A DNA stretch of 64,000 nt from Chrysomallon squamiferum (Eukaryota; Animalia; Mollusca): contig CM022672.1 in assembly GCA_012295275.1 (NCBI GenBank), forward strand, positions 2,542,001 to 2,606,000, read 5' to 3'. Position 1 is the first letter of the stretch. Each line of letters begins with the position of its first letter. Below, piece by piece: positions 53,641 to 64,000 of this stretch. The translations under genes were made by a program, and so were the position numbers. The notes below the pieces were generated by a model. The model was given only the letters and a program-made list of their open reading frames with translations. It did no database searches and was not told the origin of the DNA.

Positions 53641-56600
53641 GGAAGGGAATCAACTGATCTAAAAAAACCCAGCTACAAATATTTTTTAAAACAAAGGGTC
53701 AGGAACGACTGTTATTAAATAAAAAAAGCGTTCGTTTTGTGTCGCATAAAATGTAATAATAAAAAAAAGACAACCTTTGATCTTGTTATTTGATTAATAT
53801 TGGATGTCAACGCCATTGACCCAAAGCAGTCACTCTGCTTGCCGCCTTCAAACCTGCCAAACCTACACGTGTCACTTGACAAACAAACAGATTTAACACC
53901 TGCGTGACAACTGACATTACTAGGTAAACCCCGAAACTCAGCCAGCGGTCTAGTGCTATAAGATACTAACAGGTATATGGTTTTCCCTCTGTGCGTTCAC
54001 CACTGACTCACATTTTAGCACGAATTTCATTTAGAATCACTGTGGTAGTATTTTAAATGTACCTTTTAAGTTTTGTCCGGTGACAAAGGTAAACTATTGC
54101 CCGTGAAAATATTTTACGATATATTACTTCTTTTTTTTTTCTTTTTTTTTTGGCAGGGAGGGGGGACTGGTGTACATGAAATATTATATTTACAAACCTC
54201 GCTGTGCATATATCTAATATTATTATTATTAGTGTGCATAACATAATTTATTGTCCGTGAAAATATGTTGTAACATGATGATAACCATTAACTTAAAGTT
54301 GTAATTTGTATGCATGCGGGTTTATATATATGTAAAGCAATAGCAAACTGTTCTCTCTCTCTCTTCTGTTTAATACTTTTTTTGTACTACTATTACTACC
54401 GCCACCACCACCATAACTACATCTAATACTGCTACCACAACCACTACTATTACTACTGTTGCTGCTATTATAATTAATACCACTACTATCTTACTACCAC
54501 TACTGCTGTTACTCTCTACTCCATTATCGGATACACATAATTTTTTGTTGTTTTTTTCCATTTAAACACAAATCTTTTAACTAAAATAAGAAAAAAACTT
54601 TATTCAGCCATAACCTAGGACATACATGCACACACACAGCCTGCCTGAAGTGCTATTATCTTCAAACTAAAAGATAAACATTTGCATACCTACAGACTCT
54701 GACACATGCAGATAACTGATAAACCAGATTTCGAAAATACAAGTGGTGTTTCAACAATCTTAAAATACCAGGCTTTGTCGTGTCAACGTTAACTGTTATC
54801 ATTTCAAAACTGTTTTCTACATACAAGCTTACCTTTACAAAACGAAACTATAAACAAATTTAAGTTATAACATTAGACTGAAATTATGAAATAAGGATTA
54901 TTATTTTTATTTTTTTATTATTTTATATAGATCTTGTATCACTTTGTGATATATAAAACAGTAGTAGTAATAGTGTTAGTACTACCAATAATAGTTGTTG
55001 TTGTTTATATATAATAGTAATAGCAGAATTCTAGAAGAAACTTAATAACTGTACAAGCAGTAGAATACTAATAGATATAATAGTAATAACAGCATTAGTA
55101 GTAGCAGTAGAAGCAGAATAGTAATAGTAGTAGCAGCTCCAGTAGAGTAGTAATAGTTTCGTGTGGTAGTAGTGGTAGTAATAGCAACAGCAACTGCAAC
55201 AGTTCTAGAAGAAAGGAACGGTAGCAATATCAAAAAGTAACATTTTTTTTTATGTATATCTTTTTTGTTTCCCTCAGGATACGTCTTCGAGATATCCATT
55301 TACCTGTCATGTAATTGTACATGAACAAAAACGCTGGACAATCTACACGTCATCTTAATGAATACATTTATTCTGTATTCTCCTGGGACAAAAATCTGTT
55401 TTTCTTTACCCATACGTTTTCATAAAAAAAAAAAATCAAATTAACGAAGGTACGGCACGATATACACATTTTAATCAAACAATAACGACACGAAATAAAA
55501 ACTCATACGACCGAGTAATCTGTAAGCGATCTAAATGAATGTACTGGAATTTGCCTCCTCGAGGGGTAAAAAAACGTATTATTATCTTTTTCTTTTTTTA
55601 TTTCTTAATACAAATGAATTACTACTTACTCGACTGGCACGATTTTTTTATTACTACCAGCGTTCATGAATAAAAAGACTCTCCAAGTACATCAGTTAAT
55701 ACTCAGAATCTGCAATATCTTTTCTACTCTGATGACTTTAGATTAGCAAGCTGATGTTAATATATTTACATTTCCACTTAAAACAACATCCTGTAGATGC
55801 AGATAAAAATGAATACAACTTTCTGTTTTCGAATTCACGGCGCATACGTTATCTGCATAAACTGTTTGTTTTTTCTTCAAATTCAGATATATATCGTAAA
55901 ATAAAGGTGTTTTAGTCGATACAACTTTTTTAAACGTTTAGTAAACTTCAGCAAACTGATGATTTATATAGTTTTATTGTTTTTGTTTAGTTTTGGTGTT
56001 CTTTTTTAACAGTTCATCTTTTAGAGAAATATATAAAAATATTTTCGATACAATGATTTTTGATAAAGATTTGCAAATTCGGAGACCAAGTAATCAACCC
56101 AAAGATGCAGAATAATAAAAAAAAGGGAAAAAGAAGGTTGTTGTCACCATTATCTTTTCGAATTAAACTAATGTAATAGAAGATAAATAATTAAAAAATG
56201 CGTGTTTTTTTTTTTTAACACTTTTATATCTCAAGTTAAACTGAACCTGGATCCGCACGATTTAACAAAATATTTTACAATTTCAAGTTATTATTTTACT
56301 GTCTTTGACGATCTATCATATTTATTTTTATTGAAAAAATTGTGATAACAGTTATAAATAACACTACTGTTAGAAAACATCTTAACACCGCCATTTTTAC
56401 CACTTCAGAAAATAGAATCTTTACGAAGCAACAAACTATCAAATCTCAAGGATAAAACTTTAACCACAGCGCCACCGTAGCTGATGCAAATAGCTTTTTA
56501 CCTTCTTATTTTTTTTTTTTTTTTTTTTTTTTTTCTTCTTCTTTTTTATTTACACGTTTTATGGTGGGTGGCAGACAGTTCGACTGGAAACACGAAATCC

Positions 56601-56958
56601 AGAAATTTAGTGGGAGTTTTTCTTGATTATTATGCCCGCTGTTAAATGTATTTCTTGCACAGCATTTGTCTACTTTGTACCAAACAACACACTCACCCCC
56701 GCCGATGTATCTGCAGCGTGTTTGTGAATTAATGTGAGAAATAAAAACAGCGACTCTTTGTTTAGTTATTCTTTTCTTATACACACTGCAGTTCTTGTTC
56801 ACTTCATGGTCTCGATTTCTCATGGACTGGCATTTATTTATTCATTTGTTTGTTATTTGTTTGTTTGTTTGTTTTCTTTCTTTTTTCTTTTTCCTCCATC
56901 TTGATCTAACTCCGATCTTATTTGTAATAATCGTTATCATCATGTCATTATCATCCAA

Positions 56959-57031
<73 letters not shown>

Positions 57032-57139
57032 GCTTTGTTATCAACAGCGGCAGCTATTGTTGATTATCGTGTTCAAAAAGGTAACGCATTTACTACGTGA
57101 AAATAAACCTGACTTTCCACATCGCATTAGGAGTCCAGC

Positions 57140-57380
57140 TCACTGTTTATTCCTACTATTTAGAAAAAATGGGTCGTTTATATGCACCTTTAAGAAACTG
57201 AAGAACAACACCAAGCAGCAAGGTGTAGAACATGTTCACGTTCCCATGAACAGCAACATATATATAGTTGGGTCTTTCTGAAATTAAGTCTTGGAGCAAT
57301 GGTTTCATCGGGAAATACCCCAAAGAAATCATGGCAGAGTATTGATCCTGGCGCCCTTGGAGAACACTTCACAGTGATCA
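57140..57380 (-). mobile_element. Degenerate SINE remnant (head plus central domain)
   Basis: gggtcgtttatatgcacc resembles the 28.5-kb core, and gagtattgatcctggcg resembles gagaattgatccagcg of the 53.6-kb head. They lie in the expected order. Confidence 0.4.
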
Positions 57381-57609
57381 GTGGCCCGATGAACGGTCGA
57401 AAACTGAACGACGGCTGAATAAATGGATTCGGTGCAGTGAGGTCATCGGTGATCAGTTACAATGAATCAGCTCATTGCCTTGGAAACGAAGATTTATGGA
57501 CGTGTTTATAAAAATTCAGAATACGTTATTAGTGTTAATGTCCTGAGCAGGACAAACGGCAACTTATACCCATCGCAGGCGTGCTTAAAACTTCTTAATT
57601 TATCTAAGA

Positions 57610-57680
57610 CTGTGTAGTGTATGCCTTTATAAGAGAAGAAGACTGCTGCTAACCCATAAGAGTAGCCCCTGTAGAAGAGT
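57610..57680 (+). mobile_element. Degenerate SINE central-domain remnant
   Basis: ctgctgctaacccataagagtagccc resembles TTGCTGCTAA...AAGAGTAGCCC of the same family. Confidence 0.4.
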
Positions 57681-57707
57681 TTTCTTTTTGGTATCATCAT
57701 TAGATTA

Positions 57708-57740
<33 letters not shown>

Positions 57741-58194
57741 AATAAATAAATAAAGTTGTCTGACGTCCAGTAATCGTTAACAAAAAATTCGACGTTTGAA
57801 ATAGCAAATATTAATTCATTAATTTATATTTTGCGGTTCATTTTAAGCTACACTCAAAAGTGACAGCTGAATCCGGATGAATAGATACTGGGCACTATCT
57901 TTCGCTGCATGTGTATATTATCTGCTGAAGAACCTGCAGTGGCTGTCTGTGTATGACACTAACGTCATCACTGATTGGAAGAAGCTGTGTTTGGCTTAGA
58001 TCGGATTTGTATCGGAGAGCCCGGGCTAGGACTCTGTTATGTTCACTATTGCAATGTTTCTTTCACCGAGTCACCAAATCAGCTTAGATAAATGGATTGT
58101 GCGTCCTGCTGCATTGTGATAAGGCAAATGTAAACACAAAACTAATTAAGACTGGCTGCGTTTGGAATGACGTTCGTTCCCTTAAATTTATATC

Positions 58195-58271
<77 letters not shown>

Positions 58272-58890
58272 CTAAATTGAGTCTTCACTAAGTCCATTCA
58301 GTGACAAGTAATTTTCATTTCCATTTATGTCTCTTTATCTTTTACTCATTTTCCTTCTCTCCCTCATTTCCGACTGCTAAATAAAAGCACCGCAAGGGTC
58401 GGATTTACACACAAACAGCACAAAATGGCGACCTATTTAATAAAAGTTTTGTTATGTTATACTTTTATTATCTAATCAATATTTAATAATGTCACGTCAG
58501 CAGGGAACTCATTAAAATCGAAACAATACCTTTTAACACTGGTAATCAAGTCAATATAAATAGCATTATTTTATTTTTCGCAGAGAATTGATTCACTTTA
58601 TCATTACTTTTCGAGCTGGCAATAAGCAATTGACAAAAATAAATGAATACTGTTGATTTTGTTTATGCCTAAAGAAATTCTGCAACAGCCGTAATGGGAA
58701 TAATGTTTAGAATTTCTTAGTCATTATTAATTTGCAATTACTTTTATTGGCTTTTCTTTTAATGATTAATTTTGTTTCGTTTATATATCATTAATTAGCC
58801 ATGCATTGATGGTGATCTATTTGAAGCAGTATTTTCTTTGCAATTATTTAAATATTTAAAGATACAATAAAATAAATAAATGATTATTAA

Positions 58891-58926
<36 letters not shown>

Positions 58927-59202
58927 AATAATAATATATTTTTTATTTTTTAAATTAACAACGTCCATGCGATTAAGGCTATTGATAGATCTGTATTGAC
59001 TAAAAAAGAAAACCATTTAAAACAAAATGATTATCTTTAAGGAAATACAACATTAGTGTCGTTAATCTGCGTACGATCTCATAGTAATTTATTTGTTTAC
59101 TTATTTTTATTTGGTTATTAATTAGCTCTGTTATTTTTAGCTCTGAAGTGAAAAAGAAACAACAACCAAAAAATGATTTTGTAATCATATTAACAGTAGA
59201 TA

Positions 59203-59293
59203 TGTGTGTGTGTGTGTGTGTGTGTCTGTGTGTGTGTCTGTGTGTGTGTGTGTGTGTGTGTGTCTCTGTGTGTGTGTCTGTGTGTCTGTGTGT

Positions 59294-59354
<61 letters not shown>

Positions 59355-59376
59355 TGTGTGTGTGTTGTGTGTGTGT
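59203..59376. repeat. Long interrupted (TG)n tract, about 175 bp
   Basis: Directly visible. Confidence 0.95.
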
Positions 59377-59501
59377 AGCATGTGTACAATCATCTGGTTT
59401 TTGTTTATAATTAAGTAAAATCACATTAAGACTATGATTTAGCATCCGTACAATCTGGTTTTTGTTTATTTAAAATATTAAGATACCTTTTCGGTTCCAT
59501 G

Positions 59502-59580
<79 letters not shown>

Positions 59581-60753
59581 CTGCTTTATAACCATCGGTA
59601 TATTAAAATTTATATGACCTTTTTTTTTTCTTTTTTTTTTCTGTAAAATATTTTAATTTATATTTTCCTGATTTAAATTTAATAAACTTCACATTTTACT
59701 GTTATTTTCTTTAATTTTCTTTGACTCACGCTATGCACTCTGCTGTCCTGGCTCTGTGGATGGTTGCCTGGTTCAGCCACGCTGGTGTCTCTGTCATTAG
59801 GAATCATGAACACTGAAAAAAAACCAAGGCAAGGCAAGCGAAACAGGAAGTAATGAACAACCGCTACGACGAATCCGAGTTTTCAAATGAAATAATTACT
59901 TTGGTTTTTTTTTCTTTCATCTTAGATACGGTGTATTTTCCAGTTCATTGTGTTAAGGTATTTTATCACGAAACGATTTACATTAACGATTTGCTATGGC
60001 TCTTCAGCTAATTTTGTTATTTAATTACTTTCAAATGAAATTTAAGTCAAGGAGATAATTATGTCACGAGGTGTATCAAGGATGTATAAAAAAAATGCAG
60101 TGGCATTGCTCGCTAATCTTACGTCATATAGCAGCTGTTATCAATTTCGTTTTAAATAGACTACGTAAAACACAATCTTACTTTGAAAATTATATTAGTG
60201 TTAGAAACGCAATATCCTATAAATATATAAATAAAATACTTAATAATTGTTAAACTATACTTTTTCATTAGTATATAAAAATGGACATTCAAAAAATTCG
60301 TTAGACAGAATTGATTTGTGACGCAACACCTTTAAACTGAGCATTACAGGTTGCATGCTTAGCTGATTTTTTGTTCTCCCATCTACACGTACGAACTACC
60401 TCATTGTAATGGGTGCAGTTTTACGTCACGTGATTTACTGCGTTAAATAGCAGCTGTTATAAACATTTCCATCACTTCCATTGATAACGAGAACTGGAAC
60501 AGCTTACTCGTGGATGTTTGCACGTAGGTGCTGAATTGAGAAAAACAACAACGGGAATGTGTGTTTACCAACAGTGTAGTAACATGTTCTGTGTTGTAAA
60601 CAAGACCGCAAAAACGATTAGATCCTAGGGCCTACCGTCCTTCAGGTTATCGTTTATCCAGTGATACACTTTCGGTGCACTTAGGCGTTTTTAATTCTGG
60701 TTTTAAAATTAAGAAGGAACTGAGAGAGGATATTATTTTTTTTGTGTGAATAT

Positions 60754-60839
<86 letters not shown>

Positions 60840-61487
60840 GTCTAAATAAAAGCATGGAAACAATAAATTTAATTACGAAATTAAAATACAGGCATATGTC
60901 GAAAAAAAATGTCCAAACACAGAGGAAAATAAAAGTGGAACATATTAGCACTTTCAGAAAAAAAAAAGGATTCTTATAAAACGGGTTACATATCCATGTG
61001 CCTTATACCAAAAGCCTTATGGTATTAATTATATAGAATGTTATAGCTCCGCCAGTCTGATTGGGAAGAGAATGATATACTGCTCGAAAGCTGCAGCAGT
61101 TTTGTATCTTCCAAAATTAACAAGATAAGTGAGTGTTCCGTTTAGATTATCGATTAGATTAGAATTAAATTTACTTATATGTGTTAAATTCGTGTTCACT
61201 TGGGTTTCGATTACAAGCTACATATTTTTCCTGCAACAGCCTATTTCAATAAATCAGTCATTCATGTGAGATATTTTTGCATCCACTGAAAGTTCAAACA
61301 GGTTTGCCTTGCGAATCTTAACGGACAGGTTTTTTTCAGTACCTGTCTGTAAGTGCATTAATTTAAATGAGTTAGAGAGAAGTGATCTCACACATCCCAA
61401 ATTTGCTTTGTACTCGAGGAGAACCCGCAGCAGTATTGAATAAAACTGACAGTTTACCGACACACACACAAAAAAAACCCAACAAAT

Positions 61488-61518
<31 letters not shown>

Positions 61519-61606
61519 TAAAAAGGACATTATTTCAGGATTAAAGTAGTTTTTCTTTTGTTAATTTACATTGTTAATGTTATTTCGATTCCACGAATCA
61601 ATCAAT

Positions 61607-61690
<84 letters not shown>

Positions 61691-61954
61691 TAATTTATTC
61701 TGCTAGTTAAAACCCGATCTAGTATGTTTTTCTTCCATTTTTTTTCTTTCCTTTTTTATGAGGGTACCTATTGTATTGAATACGACCTCATCTGATGAGT
61801 TGATGTTATCTGAGTACCATCTCTCACAAAAGATAAGAATGTGTTGGCTGGTACTTAACAATGAGGTACAAATTCCACTGGGTACGACCTCATCTGCACG
61901 TCATCTGAATTTTTCGGATCGAATTAAAGTATCATTAGCCGAATTCCCTGCAGT

Positions 61955-62030
61955 GACTGGTGCATTGGTTAAGTTAGTATTTTAGGACTGATTTGCAGCT
62001 TCTGGGGACGGATCCTTGTTTTGAGTCCAA
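61955..62030 (+). mobile_element. Possible decayed tRNA-derived SINE head
   Basis: A-box-like TGGTGCATTGGTTAAG and B-box-like GTTTTGAGTCC at tRNA-like spacing; no cloverleaf. Confidence 0.25.
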
Positions 62031-62587
62031 ATTGGTAAAAACCTAAAAACGTAATCGGCCATAATTTGTTAAAACCTTACAACACGCTAACACTGTCTTG
62101 GGAATATCTAGAAATAACGTGTCCAACACATGCGTGCTTCACAAAACGTTTCTCTGAAACTATCCCCTTTCACGTGACTAACTAACTTACACAAGTCATG
62201 TCAACAAGCACTGACACTGTAATCGTTGCTAAACGCAGCCCAGTGCATACGACGCATCTTTTATTACGTGAGATACGTCATCATCACCATACAACGTCAC
62301 CAACGCTTCCTTTCAGGCGTTCGTCGGGGTCACCCTTCCCGTTCGGTTGTGTGAACGAGTACAACGTGCGTGCAGTGTTACTTACATAGCTCGTTAAAAT
62401 AGTGCCACTTTAATCTTGGCCAGTGTCAAAACAAACTCCACTCACGCAGTACTTCAAGCTGGCCAGTTATCTCAGAGTTTAATGCATTATGACTGGTATT
62501 CGCTGATACTTTCTTTCTGCCTTGTTAACAGTGTCAGTGATTTTCAGGAAGGGAAGTGTGATACTGCTTCTTAACTAAATCACTACA

Positions 62588-62704
<117 letters not shown>

Positions 62705-63798
62705 GGGGAATAGCATTATAATGATGATGATGATGATTATGATACTCTTCTAATTTCAAATTTATTTTATATTGCTGCTAACAGAATAATAGTAGTAGTA
62801 GATGCAGTAGTTGTAGTGGTAGTTGTTGTACTAACATGTAATAGCAGTAGATGTTATGGTAGAAATAGTAGTTATTGTAGTTGTTGTAGTAGTTGTAGTA
62901 GTAATTCATTATTACTCTTTTTTCTAATAACTACCACTATTACTATTACTACAACTACTGCAGTTACTACTAATGCCACTGTTATGTTTACCTATTTATT
63001 GCCACTGTTTATATTACTATTAATAATAGAAATAATAAGAAAAAGAACAACAAGAACATGAAGAAGAAGGTCAACAACAACAGCAGCAGCAGCAACAACA
63101 ACAACAACAGAAGAATGACTGCAACAACAAAAATCACAACACTATATTAAAGAAAACAAACAACAACAAAATTACAATAACCGCAATAACATACAATAAA
63201 GTCAAGATGACAAAGCTTATTTCTGCTAACACAGAATATCTATATAATTAGTAACGTTTTGACGCCACAATCTCCTGTTATGTTCACGATCTGTGTTGCT
63301 TAGGGCAGTATTAAAACCGCTTCAGCCACGTGGGTCTTCGCACGTGTTTGGAAATTCTAACGACTTCTACAAATTGCTTCTGGGGGCATATTAATGCAGT
63401 GAAGCGTGCTTCTCGACTACCAATTTGCAAAGGCGTCTAAAGCTTCGTCAATTTTTTTTTTTTTTTTTCCTTATTCATTTATTTTCCTTCCTTTTTTTTT
63501 TTTTATATTTCATTTGTGATCGTGCAAATTAATGCTTCGTTGAAGGAAGCAGAAGAGGTGATATCATTTCAAGAGAGCAAAATAACCTAAAAAAAAATTG
63601 ATCTGCGACCTTTCTTTTAGTTTAGTTGCAATGAAACGATAAAATGTTTTCGTGGTTTGATTTTGAATTTTTTTTCCCCCGATTTCAGCAACACTAGTGT
63701 GTTTGATTAAAACAATGCACTGGAACGAGCACAATTTTCCGCTATAACGGGGTTAAGTTTGAGATTAACTGTTGCCTGTTGAGGTTTACGTCAATCTT

Positions 63799-63832
<34 letters not shown>

Positions 63833-64000
63833 TGATTGCTAATGAAACTGATATGTGAGCTTGGCATTTCATCTTACTAAACTTAAAAAAAACAAAAGAA
63901 CTATAATAATTAAAAAATGAAAAAATGAAAAATAATGATTAAAAAAAATAAAAACATAAAAAACAAACGAACAAACAAATAAATAAATAAATAAATAAAT

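Noticed and set aside
57305-57393. 9-bp inverted repeat TTCATCGGG/CCCGATGAA as a structured RNA
   Set aside because: It overlaps a decayed SINE head and has no convincing internal helices.
59383-59470. About 22-bp direct repeat GTACAATC(AT)CTGGTTTTTGTTTAT as a target-site duplication
   Set aside because: The intervening ~40 bp has no element features. A local slippage duplication next to the (TG)n tract is the simpler explanation.

Overview
Eukaryotic (animal) genomic DNA that is AT-rich and saturated with microsatellites and homopolymers. Decayed tRNA-headed SINE remnants carry the core GCATATAAAAGATCCCTTGCTGCTAA...AAGAGTAGCCC (Deu/Nin-type domain), which I recall from gastropod molluscs. 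The taxon is therefore an inference. I recognise no protein family. Most listed ORFs, including the three >1000-aa ones at 21.7-25.4 kb, are translations of simple or satellite repeats. The window looks like a large intron, 5' region or gene desert: 150-450 bp CpG-containing, TF-motif-rich islands alternate with low-complexity spacers about every 1-2 kb. The clearest structures are a ~3.2 kb, 34-bp pyrimidine-strand satellite with a CACGTG E-box in most intact units and a 4x20-bp perfect repeat beside an ETS/NRF1-type promoter signature. There is also a dense promoter-like island at 18.2-18.7 kb, two islands that fold on paper into multi-branched RNA structures, and several isolated candidate exons on both strands. 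I cannot support a novel biological system from sequence alone, so the findings are hypotheses with stated tests.
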